DNA of 64,000 bases from Carpediemonas membranifera BICM (Eukaryota; Protista; Fornicata), in contig JAHDYR010000067.1 in assembly GCA_019828565.1 (NCBI GenBank), positions 1 through 64,000 on the forward strand. The letters are read 5' to 3'. Under the pieces are notes generated by a model. The model was not told where the DNA came from. It ran no database searches and worked only from the letters and a program-made list of their open reading frames with translations. Shown here in pieces: positions 9,556-21,735 of this stretch; the first letter of the stretch is position 1; each line of letters opens with the position of its first letter. The position numbers and the translations under genes were made by a program.

Positions 9556-11017
9556 CTACCTGCTCCTCTTACCTCCAGTCCGCACCCTCGTGTGTGCCTG
9601 CTCGGCTGCCGTCCGCTGCTCATCGGTCAGCACAGTCACTGTTCTGAGCTGAGTCCCGTTCGTCTTCGACTCGTTCTTGAAATCAGTCCAATCCTTGACG
9701 CACTCGGCCTTCATCTTGTCCTGGCGCTTCTGGAGTGCGTCTGTAAGAGGAGGGAAGTCGAGGGGGAAGTCGTTGAGCTGACTCGCCCCGCCGCCTTCTT
9801 GAGCGCGGCGCTCGGCGACCAGGTTGTGGTTAATATAGTAGCCCTTGCCGATGACCTGGTAAACAAGACCCTCGGCAACCATGCCCTGCTGGACCACAGA
9901 GGGCGCAGTCTTCTGGTTTCCGGATGTCCGGAAAGGCTTGGCGTCCACAATGAGGGATCGGTGGAGCAGCTCGTAGTTCTTGGCGGAGAGGTCGAAGAGG
10001 AGGTCGCGGCACCGGTTGTAGTCCTCGACGCTGACCCAGTGACAGCTGTGTGATAAAGATGGGGGGTACATACTTGGGGAGGAAGGCGCGGCCCTTCCAG
10101 TCGGCAGACATCTGAACAGCGGAGATCGTGGCGGGGCGGGAGCGCTTGGGCTTGGGCGCGGGCTCTGAGAAGTCGGAGTCTGACTCGTACTCGCTGTACT
10201 GGATGTGCGTCTCGACAGGCTTCTTCCGCTTCTTAGGCTCAGTGCGGGCGGGGGCGGGGGCAGCCTTAGGCTCTACGAACGTGTACTCAGTCTCTGTCCT
10301 ACCGTGCGTACGGTAGCCCTGGAACTTAAGCTTGATCGTCGGCTCCACGGCGAGGGGGTTGGGAGTGGGGACGTGCCACATGCGGACACAGCGGTACATC
10401 TCGGAGACGTAGGTGTCGGCGGGCACCTCCAGCATGGCGGGGAGGTCCTTGTCGATTGAGTTGATGAGGGCTTGGACGGCTTTGATTTCGTCGCGATACC
10501 TGTCATCGCCTCCTTTCAGCGGGCGCCAGATGATGGCTGCGGACTTGGGGAAGGAGAGCTCCCAGCAGTCCTTAACTGTGATTCGATTCTGGAAGGATGG
10601 TGCCTTGAAAAAGTTCCGACGATATGAAACAGCAAAGCGAGTCATCTCTCGTGCCAGCATACGAAGCCGCATGATACGGTCAAAGGCGCCTGTGAGCTGG
10701 TATTTGAAGAAGGCGCACCAATATTCGTCGAGGTTGGAGAAGGTGCGGCTCACGACGGCAGGCTGAACCCTCTCTGACGGGGAGAGAGCAAAGATGGCCA
10801 TGAGGTGGTCAATGAACTCCACGGTTGTCAGGACAGAGTTCCAAGGGACTGTGAATACCTCCTTGAGGTCGCTCAGCAAATCGGAGTCCAAGCCAAGGGG
10901 AGCAGAGGACTTGCATAGCTGAGCAAGGGTTGGATGCTCCAAAACATCACAGAGATGGTTACGGCATTTCACTTTCACAGCACTGCTTGTTATCCGCTCT
11001 CGAATTACTCTCGTCAT
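9556..11017 (-). CDS. Hypothetical nuclear protein, spliced (intron 10046-10073); may extend to 9364 through a further 36-nt intron
   Basis: A 28-nt GTATGT...CACAG intron joins ORF 9830-11017 in frame to ORF 9556-10071. NLS-like PKKRKK present. Confidence 0.6.
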
Positions 11018-11307
11018 CGCGCGCTTCGTCGCTGAATTTTTTCATGCCACAAAAAACTGTTGCCTGAAATACCTCGGAGCGAAGACGACATCGAGTCACC
11101 AGTACACCTTCATGAGCGACATCTCTTTTTTAACATACAACCCCACGTAAACAATAGCTCACCACATTATGGTGCACTTTTAGCCTGGCAGAGGGTGGGC
11201 TCGGCAGACCCCAGCTGCTGGTACGCAGCCTCCGGGCACACGCTGCCCCATGGTTGGCAGCAGGGTGCATGAATAATGTGCAGCTGTGCGCGGCAAGAGC
11301 GGACAAG

Positions 11308-12301
11308 CATGTGGGCAATTCTGGCAAATGGAAATTTCGGACGAAAGTGACCCCCCATAGGTGACTCACAGATGGGGCTCCACGCCGCGGGCTTGCCCTC
11401 CCGCATACACTCGCCGACCGCCAGCAGCTGCTGGGTCGTCCAAGTGTATCATCTAGGCTCAATGTCCTAGGTCCATTTGATGTCGCGCGGCAGTCTCACA
11501 CCGCCCGCGCGCTCCTAGCAAGAAGCCGGGTTCCGCGCCGTACAAAGTGGCGCGGATGTCCGGTGTGCAGTAAGTGGGCCAGAGGCCAATGCAATACCAC
11601 GGGTCCGAAGACGCCGTGGCGCACAGCTAGTATTTTGAAATCATTAGATGGTGGTGGTCTTATCTTGTGCCGCTCCATGGTCCCGTCGGCGCACCTGATT
11701 GATGTTGTTTAGTTCGGCGCGAAGAAGTGACCGAAACTGAGAGAGCGAACGCGAGGAATCGTGATCTAGACGTGACAAAATGAGCATCCTACACAGATAT
11801 AGCAGCAGAGGTGCTTGGAGAGCGATTATTCAAGCACGCGAAGGAGTGTGTGAAAAAAAGATGGCGTATTCTGCACAACCATCTCGATGACGGCAGACGT
11901 TGCGTCCAAGGCTGTTAGTGGGGCACTCGCACTATATCCAGGCCTAGTTGATGGGGTTATGCCATTGGGTGCGGGCTGACGGTGGATCGAGTCAAACTGA
12001 GTCGTCATTTTCGATGACTCCAGAAATTATGGTTGGGAGTTTAAAAAGTACCGACGGGTCAGCCATCATGTATGAGCTTCTCTTATGGTGCAATGGCGTG
12101 AGTTTCAGTCATCACCAACCTCTACTCGTCATGTTCGATGTCCGCCGAGATCGAAGATCGGATCGACTCCAAACGCATACTGCCAGTGTGCACCCGCTGA
12201 TAATGGCCCGGATCCAGATGTTAGAGGGCCAAAAATAAACTGACGGAGAAAAGTTGCCACAGACGTCAGCTGCGGGCCCGGTCGCTGCCTGAGGGCCTGC
12301 A
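11308..12301. mobile_element. Non-autonomous repeat, copy 2 (core 11348-12229, lacking about 210 bp at the right; diverged outer flanks)
   Basis: Core nearly identical to copies 1 and 3 up to TTAGAGGGC, then CAAAAA and a related flank ending in TGCA. Confidence 0.85.
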
Positions 12302-12397
12302 TCCATCGAGCCCGGCATAACGAACGGCTACAAGGCACTTTATGTACTACAAAATTATCTCAACACATCAATCAATATCTTTACAACAGCATACAGC

Positions 12398-15300
12398 CTA
12401 CATGTGCACCTGGCCAGTCATACGGCGGTGTTCACGCTTGATGTTCTCGACCTCGGCAGTTCTCTCGAGCTGCTGCAAGTCGTGTTGCATCGTCTGCAAG
12501 TACGGCGTGGCCTTGTACGAATAGATGCGGCTGTAGCGGCGCTCATACGCCGGGATCATCTCGGACAGCTGCGCGTTGAGACGGCGCAGTTCGCGGTGGA
12601 ACTCCTGGCGCTGGCGGTCTTCCTCGATAAGCCGGCCGGGCTTGGAGCTGAAGAGTCGGTCGGGGTCAGTAGCGGTCTTGTTGAAGTCCTTGAGGCGGTA
12701 CTTGATAAACTCGCGGCGACTGACAAGTTCGTGGATGGGGACGAGATCGGTAAGACGCTGGGCCTCCGTCTCAGCTAGCTGGCGTGCAGCCTTGTTGTAG
12801 GCGACGTGGGGCATGAGCCTTATCTGGAAGCTGATAACCTCCTCGGGGTCGACCTCGAGGGACTGATAGAGCTCGTCAATGCGGCCCAGCGCCTCACGGA
12901 GCTCGGAGTCGCCCTTGGCCTGCTCCTCGGCCTGCTCGCGCTCCTCCTCTGCTCTGCGCTGCATCTCCTCCATGTGGGCGTGCTCCGCCTCCTCAAGCTG
13001 ACGGCGTCTGCGGGCCTCCTCTTCTCTGAGGCGGACCTCTTCGACAAGACGGGCCTCCTCCTGGGCAACACGGTGGCGCTCGGCGACGTTACGCTCTTCA
13101 CGGATCCGTGCTTCCATGTCTGTAAGGAGGGATTCAAACTTGAGCTTCGTCTCCTTCTGGTAGTCGAGACGCCACAACGTCGATGAGTGGCGTAGCTTCC
13201 TCATCTGCATCTTGAGGCGGTGGGCGTGGCGCTCGACTTCCTCGCGGCGGGCGCGCTCGTCGGCCTCGGACTGCTGGGCGGCCTCGACATCCTTGACGAC
13301 CTCGGCGCGGGTGCGGGTGATCTCCTGCTCGAGCTCAGCACGGAGGACAGCCTCCTTGTCGGCGACAACGTGCTCGATGTCGGCGCGTTGCTGCTCCACG
13401 GCGGCGCGGCGCTGGTGGTCGAGGTTCTCGAGGTCCTTCTCGCGCTGGTCGAACAGAGCCTGCATCGCAGCCTCCCGCTCGGCCAAGAGAGCGTCCATGC
13501 GGTCGCGGGCTGCCTTCTCAAAGGTTTCGCGCTCGGCGAGGATGGCGTCGTGTCTGGCGAGGAGGTCCTTCTCCTGCGAGGCGACCCGGGCCTCGAGCTC
13601 CTCGGTGAGGGAAACGTAGTGGGCCCTCAGCTGCTCCTCAAACTCAGCGCGCTGGGCAAGGACAGCCTCAGAGCGTGCCTTGAACTCCTCCTCCATGGTC
13701 TGGCGGTCGGTGGCCTGGTCAGCCTTGACCTTGGCGAGCTCCTCGTCGAGGGCCGCGCGAAGGTCTGCCTCGCGGCGCTGGAGAGCAGTCTCCTGCACCT
13801 GGAGGGCGGCGAGGTGAGCCTCCTGCTGGCGGGCGAGCTCGGCGTCGTGGTCGGTCCGAACCTCGGCGAGGTGTGCGTCGCGGAGGGCGGCGGCCTCGTC
13901 GTTGAGGCGCTTGGCCTCAGCAAGAACCGAGGCCTCCCACTCAGCTGCGGCCTTGGCCTGGTCAGCCTCGCGGGTTGCAGCCGTCGCAGCGGCGGCGTCT
14001 CTCTCCTCCGCCCAGCGCTGCTTGAGCTCGGCCACCGTCTCTGTCCACTGGGCGTTGAGCTCGGCTGTGTGGCCCTCGTACTTCTGTCTCAGTGTGTCCT
14101 CGATCTGGACCTCCATGGCGTCGTACCGCGCCCTGGCGTCGGACTCGTACCTATCCTGCTCCACCCGCATGTCCTTGCGGCGTTGGAGGTCGGCCTCCTT
14201 CAGCTTGCGGCGGTCTTCTTCGAGGGCTGCCTGCATGACGGTGACGCGATCCTCAGCAAGGCCGTTGATCTCGGCACGCTCGGCCTCGAGCTCTTCGCGG
14301 AGCTTGGCCATCTGGCGCTCAGCTTCGGCGTGCTCGTCCTTACGGCGCTCAGTCTCCATCTGGACGTATTTCTCGCGCTCCTGATCGGCCGAGTGCTTGA
14401 CGTCAAACACCCTGCTGTCGAAGTCCTTCTGGGCGACAGCGAGCTTGGTCTGAAGACGCTTCTCGAGCTCAGCCTCACGATCAGCGAGCTCGCGCTCTCT
14501 GGCGGCGAGGCGTGCTTGCAGTGTCTTCTCCATGATGCCGACGGCGTGATCCTTCTCAGCCAGGCGGCCCTCGAGAATCTTGTCCTGCTGCTGAGTCCAG
14601 TGGCGCATGCGTTCCTCATAGGCGTCAGCGCGCTTCCTCTCAGCGTCGACAGCCTCGAGCTCGACCTTGGTCTCGAGGTCACGCATGTCGGCGGCCATCT
14701 TCTCTCTCTCGGCCGCCAGACGGTCCTGCTCAGAAGCAACGAGCTGCCTTGCCTCGTCAAACATACGCTCGCGCTCCTTGGCGAGGAGACCACGCTGGGC
14801 ATCCATCCAGGCGTTCTTCTCGTCCTCGAGGCCGGCCTTCTGGACAACGAGTCCGTTCTTGAGGTCCTGGTACTCGGCGTCGAGCTGCCTCTTGTACTGT
14901 GCGAGGAGGTCGTCGTGCTGACCCTGGAGCTGCTGGGCCATGGCGTCGTACTTCGCACGGATGCCTGCCTCGTACGACTGCTGCTCGAGCTCAAGCTCAT
15001 GGCGGCGGGCTTCGAGGGCCTTCTTGTGCGTGCGGAGCTCCTCTTCGGCGGCGAGTTTGGCCTTATGGGCACGGTCGCGCATGGCCAGCTCGGCTGCGGC
15101 GAGTTCGTCGTGGAGTCGGGCCCGGAGGACCTGCTCGTGCTCGATGGCCTCGTCGTTGACAGCCTTGACGCGCTGCTGCTCGTCAGTAACAAGCTCCTCG
15201 TAGCGCTGCTCCCACTCGCCCTCGCGGGCTGCGAGCTCGGCCTGGAGCTGGATCTGAGCCTCCTCGAACTGCTTCTCAAAGCGGTCACGCATGTCGCGTT

Positions 15301-18300
15301 CATCCGAGAGTAGGGTAGCCCTCACCTGGCGCTCGTACTCAGCCATCTCGGCAGTCATCACCGCACGCTGGGTCTCGAGCTCGGCACGGAGGGCGGTGCG
15401 GGCCTCCTCGTCGGCGGCCATGTCGGCCTGGCGGATATCATCATACTTGGCGCGGATAGCGGCTTCAAACTCGCGGCGCTCGGTCTCGAGGGTCTTCTTG
15501 CGGGCACGGTCGGCGGCAAGGAGCTCCTGGCGCTCAGCTTCGAGCTCGCAGCGGAGCGCAGCGAGGTGGGCATCGTGGTCATCGGCAGAAGCCTTGATGC
15601 GGGCGTTGAAGTCGGCCTTGAGGGCCTCCTTCTGCTCCTCGAACTGGGCGAGGTACTTGGCCTTCAGGGCGTCGAACTTCTCGCGGATGTCCTTCTCGAA
15701 CTCCTCCCGAGAGGCCTCCTCCTCCTGGCGGCGTTGAGCCTCGGCGTGCTGGATGCGTGTGAGCTCCGTTTGGATTGTCTTCTTCGCGTCATCCCTGGCC
15801 TTCGCCTCGAACTCGGCCTTCTGCTCGTCAAGTGTGGCGCGCATCTGGTCGACCTCGGCGCGAGCCTTAGCGTACTCGGCGGCGACGCGTTCTTCGGCGG
15901 CCTTGATCTTCTCGTCGTTAGAGGCGTGTGCCTTGGTGATGCGGGCGTCAGCCTCGGCGCGGATGGTGTCGCGCTGGGCCTCGAACTCGGCAACGATCTT
16001 CTTGCGGGCCTCGCGGGTTTCAGTCTCGGCGGCCTTGCGGATCTTCTCGATGTCCTCGTTCGCCTCGGCGCGGACCTTGGCCTCGTACTCGCGGTTCTTG
16101 GCGTCGGTCAGCTCCATGTACTCGGTGCGCATCTGCTCGTAGCGGGCCATGACAGCATCCTGCTCCTTGGCGAGCTCCTCGCGCTCGGCCTTGAGCTCGG
16201 CTCTGAGCTGCTCCATCTGGACGGCATACTCGTTGTGGATGGTCTGGCGCGTGGCAGTGCTCTCCTCGTTCAGGGGAGGCACGCAGGGCGTTCTCCTTCT
16301 CCGTCAGAGCAATGCGCTCAGCGTCGATCTCGGCGCGGAGGGCGGCCTCAAGGCTCTTGAGCTCGGCCTCGCGGGCGGCGATGGCCTTCTGGGCCTCGGC
16401 GTCGGAGGTCTTCTTGATGGTGGCAACCTCGTCGTCGCGCTCAGAGAGGCGGGCGTTGAAGTCGGCCTTGAGGGCCTCCTTCTGCTCCTCGAACTGGGCG
16501 AGGTACTTGGCCTTCAGGGCGTCGAACTTCTCGCGGATGTCCTTCTCGAACTCCTCCCGAGAGGCCTCCTCCTCCCTGGCGGCGTTGAGCCTCGGCGTGC
16601 TGGATGCGTGTGAGCTCCGTTTGGATTGTCTTCTTCGCGTCATCCCTGGCCTTCGCCTCGAACTCGGCCTTCTGCTCGTCAAGTGTGGCGCGCATCTGGT
16701 CGACCTCGGCGCGAGCCTTAGCGTACTCGGCGGCGACGCGTTCTTCGGCGGCCTTGATCTTCTCGTCGTTAGAGGCGTGTGCCTTGGTGATGCGGGCGTC
16801 AGCCTCGGCGCGGATGGTGTCGCGCTGGGCCTCGAACTCGGCAACGATCATCTTGCGGGCCTCGCGGGTTTCAGTCTCGGCGGCCTTGCGGATCTTCTCG
16901 ATGTCCTCGTTCGCCTCGGCGCGGACCTTGGCCTCGTACTCGCGGTTCTTGGCGTCGGTCAGCTCCATGTACTCGGTGCGCATCTGCTCGTAGCGGGCCA
17001 TGACAGCATCCTGCTCCTTGGCGAGCTCCTCGCGCTCGGCCTTGAGCTCGGCTCTGAGCTGCTCCATCTGGACGGCATACTCGTTGTGGATGGTCTGGCG
17101 CGTGGCAGTGCTCTCCTCGTTCAGGGAGGCACGCAGGGCGTTCTCCTTCTCCGTCAGAGCAATGCGCTCAGCGTCGATCTCGGCGCGGAGGGCGGCCTCA
17201 AGGCTCTTGAGCTCGGCCTCGCGGGCGGCGATGGCCTTCTGGGCCTCGGCGTCGGAGGTCTTCTTGATGGTGGCAACCTCGTCGTCGCGCTCAGAGAGGC
17301 GGGCGTTGAAGTCGGCCTTGAGGGCCTCCTTCTGCTCCTCGAACTGGGCGAGGTACTTGGCCTTCAGGGCGTCGAACTTCTCGCGGATGTCCTTCTCGAA
17401 CTCCTCCCGAGAGGCCTCCTCCTCCCTGGCGGCGTTGAGCCTCGGCGTGCTGGATGCGTGTGAGCTCCGTTTGGATTGTCTTCTTCGCGTCATCCCTGGC
17501 CTTCGCCTCGAACTCGGCCTTCTGCTCGTCAAGTGTGGCGCGCATCTGGTCGACCTCGGCGCGAGCCTTAGCGTACTCGGCGGCGACGCGTTCTTCGGCG
17601 GCCTTGATCTTCTCGTCGTTAGAGGCGTGTGCCTTGGTGATGCGGGCGTCAGCCTCGGCGCGGATGGTGTCGCGCTGGGCCTCGAACTCGGCAACGATCT
17701 TCTTGCGGGCCTCGCGGGTTTCAGTCTCGGCGGCCTTGCGGATCTTCTCGATGTCCTCGTTCGCCTCGGCGCGGACCTTGGCCTCGTACTCGCGGTTCTT
17801 GGCGTCGGTCAGCTCCATGTACTCGGTGCGCATCTGCTCGTAGCGGGCCATGACAGCATCCTGCTCCTTGGCGAGCTCCTCGCGCTCGGCCTTGAGCTCG
17901 GCTCTGAGCCGCTCCATCTGGACGGCATACTCGTTGTGGATGGTCTGGCGCGTGGCAGTGCTCTCCTCGTTCAGGGAGGCACGCAGGGCGTTCTCCTTCT
18001 CCGTCAGAGCAATGCGCTCAGCGTCGATCTCGGCGCGGAGGGCGGCCTCAAGGCTCTTGAGCTCGGCCTCGCGGGCGGCGATGGCCTTCTGGGCCTCGGC
18101 GTCGGAGGTCTTCTTGATGGTGGCAACCTCGTCGTCGCGCTCAGAGAGGCGGGCGTTGAAGTCGGCCTTGAGGGCCTCCTTCTGCTCCTCGAACTGGGCG
18201 AGGTACTTGGCCTTCAGGGCGTCGAACTTCTCGCGGATGTCCTTCTCGAACTCCTCCCGAGAGGCCTCCTCCTCCTGGCGGCGTTGAGCCTCGGCGTGCT

Positions 18301-19723
18301 GGATGCGTGTGAGCTCCGTTTGGATTGTCTTCTTCGCGTCATCCCTGGCCTTCGCCTCGAACTCGGCCTTCTGCTCGTCAAGTGTGGCGCGCATCTGGTC
18401 GACCTCGGCGCGAGCCTTAGCGTACTCGGCGGCGACGCGTTCTTCGGCGGCCTTGATCTTGGCTTCCGCGTCGTTCTCGGTGTTTGCAATCCGCTGCTCA
18501 GCGTCAGCTCTGATTTCGTCGCGCTTCGCCTCAAACTGCTCGATGACCTTCTTACGAGCCCGGAACTGTGCCTGTTCGTTGGCAGCACGAAGCTTCTCGA
18601 TCTCCTCGTTCGCCTCAGCCCTGATCTGTGCCTCGTACTCCATGCGCTTGGTGTCAGTCTGCTCGATCATGGCGGTGGCTTCTTGGCGGACCTTGGCCTC
18701 GACCTTCTTGACCTTGGCGTCAGCCTGGCGGAGTACGTCGAGGCGCATCTGTTCGTAACGCTGGAGGACCTCGTCCTGCTCCTTGGCGAGCTCCTCGCGC
18801 TCGGCCTTGAGCTCGGCTCTGAGCTGCTCCATCTGGACGGCATACTCGTTGTGGATGGTCTGGCGCGTGGCAGTGCTCTCCTCGTTCAGGGAGGCACGCA
18901 GGGCGTTCTCCTTCTCCGTCAGAGCAATGCGCTCAGCGTCGATCTCGGCGCGGAGGGCGGCCTCAAGGCTCTTGAGCTCGGCCTCGCGGGCGGCGATGGC
19001 CTTCTGGGCCTCGGCGTCGGAGGTCTTCTTGATGGTGGCAACCTCGTCGTCGCGCTCAGAGAGGCGGGCGTTGAAGTCGGCCTTGAGGGCCTCCTTCTGC
19101 TCCTCGAACTGGGCGAGGTACTTGGCCTTCAGGGCGTCGAACTTCTCGCGGATGTCCTTCTCGAACTCCTCCCGAGAGGCCTCCTCCTCCTGGCGGCGTT
19201 GAGCCTCGGCGTGCTGGATGCGTGTGAGCTCCGTTTGGATTGTCTTCTTCGCGTCATCCCTGGCCTTCGCCTCGAACTCGGCCTTCTGCTCGTCAAGTGT
19301 GGCGCGCATCTGGTCGACCTCGGCGCGAGCCTTAGCGTACTCGGCGGCGACGCGCTCTTCGGCGACCTTGAGCTTCTCGTCGCTGGCGGCGTGAGCCTTG
19401 GCGGCCTTGAGCTTCTCGTCGCTGGCGGCGCGAGCCTTGGCGACCTTGAGCTTCTCGTCGCTGGCGGCTTGTGCCTTGGCGGCCTTGAGCTTCTCGTCGC
19501 TGGCGGCTCTCCCCAGTGGGGTGCTCGGAGTGCTCAGGGTTCGTGACACCTTGCTGGAGGAATTGGGGCGCGTTGTGGAAGTTGGAAGCTGTGCGCTCTG
19601 TGCGCGAGCTGCCTTCAAGGCTGCTAGCTTCTCCTTGCGCTCTTGAAGCGCAGATAACTTTTCTTGAGAAGACTGCCTCTCTTGCAGCTTTTGGCGCCGC
19701 AAAAGAGCCAACTTTTCGTCCAT
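12398..19723 (-). CDS. Giant coiled-coil cytoskeletal protein (about 2440 aa after removing three +1 bases) with C-terminal MAP65/Ase1/PRC1-like domain
   Basis: E/A/R/K-rich ORFs 17291-19723, 16441-17694, 16020-16844 and 12398-16282 join across single extra bases near 17424, 16574 and 16275. C-terminus reads DFNKTATDPDRLFSSKPGRLIEEDRQR..F.R.L.RL...L...I..YE.RY. Confidence 0.75.
15599..19360 (-). repeat. Intragenic tandem repeat, about 4.3 units (periods 850, 850, 850, 915 bp; in-frame unit 849 bp = 283 aa)
   Basis: GGGCGTTGAAGTCGGCCTTGAGG recurs at 15601, 16451, 17301, 18151 and 19066. Confidence 0.95.
19361..19508 (-). repeat. 39-bp (13-aa) tandem repeat x4, AASDEKLK(A/V)AKAx
   Basis: CCTTGAGCTTCTCGTCGCTGGCGGC repeated every 39 bp. 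Confidence 0.9.
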
Positions 19724-19859
19724 TCCGTTTGTTGAGCCGAAAATTTAAGCGAAAATTTAATCTGTGTCGGGCAGCCCCACAGTGTGTGTTTTATGTATAC
19801 AAGCACTTTATGGATTTTGTCCATGATCCTTGTCCTTCTCTTGGGGGATTTTCGTAAAT

Positions 19860-20539
19860 TCACGGTCCTAGCACACCCCACAGCTCCTGGATGAGCTCGG
19901 CCTCGGGCCTGTGGGTGTCGAGCTCCTTGGCGTTGACGAGGTCGATGAAGGCGGCCTTCGTGGTCTGTGTGAGGAACTGGCGCCGCAGGGTGAGCAGCAG
20001 CAGGGACATGCGGCGCTGGTACATCTCGCTGCGGACCTGGTAGTGCTGCTCGATGATCTCATCCGTCCGCTTGCACTCCACGATGCGGTTGTGGCGGTCG
20101 AACACGACCATGTTGGTCTTGCTGATCGACCCGCTCATCTTCAGCAGCTTGGGCCAGCCAATGGTCTGCCGCACAACATCGTACATGCGCTTGGTCACCG
20201 ACACCCTGAACCGCACCGTGTTCAGCCCGTGGTGCTGGGCCATGTCGGCAAGCTTAAACGCTTTGTTGTTCTCGTAGTTGACTGTCTCGTCGAACTTCTC
20301 GTCCTTCTTACTGCCTTTGCGCGAGCTGGGGACTTCTTCTTGGCCGATGCGGTGACGGCAGAGATCTTGTCCTCGCGCTTGGGGATGTCGAGCTGGGGGG
20401 CGCCCTTCGCCGACTTCCGTTTGATGTAGACGCCCTGTAGGAACTGCTCGAGCAGCTCCTTGTAGCGTCACGTTGAGGCTCACCTCGCCGAGGTGGTAGG
20501 CGGCGTGCTCAGAGAAGTAGCCGGCCACCTTGATCTGCT
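19860..20539 (-). pseudogene. TOP2: DNA topoisomerase II fragment, internally deleted and frameshifted
   Basis: EQIKVAGYFSEHAAYHLGEVSL, then YKELLEQ in another frame, then LKMSGSISKTNMVVFD..NRI......EIIEQHYQVR.EMYQRR...L.......KAAFI. No ATPase or TOPRIM domain and no active-site Tyr segment. Confidence 0.8.
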
Positions 20540-21735
20540 CATATGGCAAATCTGGCAGTTCGGACAGTTCGGACGAATGACCCCCCATAGGTGACTCACA
20601 GATGGGGCTCCACGCCGCGGGCTTGCCCTCCCGCATACACTCGCCGACCGCCAGCAGCTGCTGGGTCGTCCAAGTGTATCATCTAGGCTCAATGTCCTTG
20701 GTCCATTTGATGTCGCGCGGCAGTCTCACACCGCCCGCGCGCTCCTAGCAAGAAGCCGGGTTCCGCGCCGTACAAAGTGGCGCGGATGTCCGGTGTGCAG
20801 TAAGTGGGCCAGAGGCCAATGCAATACCACGGGTCCGAAGACGCCGTGGCGCACAGCTAGTATTTTGAAATCATTAGATGGTGGTGGTCTTATCTTGTGC
20901 CGCTCCATGGTCCCGTCGGCGCACCTGATTGATGTTGTTTAGTTCGGCGCGAAGAAGTGACCGAAACTGAGAGAGCGAACGCGAGGAATCGTGATCTAGA
21001 CGTGACAAAATGAGCATCCTACACAGATATAGCAGCAGAGGTGCTTGGAGAGCGATTATTCAAGCACGCGAAGGAGTGTGTGAAAAAAAGATGGCGTATT
21101 CTGCACAACCATCTCGATGACGGCAGACGTTGCGTCCAAGGCTGTTAGTGGGGCACTCGCACTATATCCAGGCCTAGTTGATGGGGTTATGCCATTGGGT
21201 GCGGGCTGACGGTGGATCGAGTCAAACTGAGTCGTCATTTTCGATGACTCCAGAAATTATGGTTGGGAGTTTAAAAAGTACCGACGGGTCAGCCATCATG
21301 TATGAGCTTCTCTTATGGTGCAATGGCGTGAGTTTCAGTCATCACCAACCTCTACTCGTCATGTTCGATGTCCGCCGAGATCGAAGATCGGATCGACTCC
21401 AAACGCATACTGCCAGTGTGCGCCCGCTGATAATGGCCCGGATCCAGATGTTAGAGGGCTATACAGGCATTATGGCAGAGCGACAGCGATTCGATGGTAG
21501 TAGTCGAGGTGACGGCATCGCTCAGCTTCGGACCCGCAGTCTCGGGACGATTTCGAAAGTCAGGTAACATGTCACCAACTAAATTGATGGCCGATATAGC
21601 TTCAGAATGGGCTCTAAAGCATGCATGCACGCACCATTTTGAGTGATGGAGTCTGGGATGACATGGGGTCAAAAAAACCGACCCAGACCGATTTTGCTGT
21701 GTGCCAAAGAGCCGGCCTCCCGGCCTGCCCTTGCA
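20540..21735. mobile_element. Non-autonomous repeat, copy 3 (1094-bp core 20578-21671)
   Basis: Differs from copy 1 by about 1 visible core substitution and by the lengths of the flanking A tracts. Confidence 0.85.

Noticed and set aside
15599-19508. Tandem repeats as a CRISPR array or mobile element
   Set aside because: No repeat-spacer alternation; the units are coding repeats within one protein.
13220-19546. Long plus-strand ORFs (697, 383 and 848 aa) opposite the coiled-coil gene
   Set aside because: Antisense shadows of a GC3-rich, E/K/A-biased gene; Leu/Ser-rich translations with no motifs.
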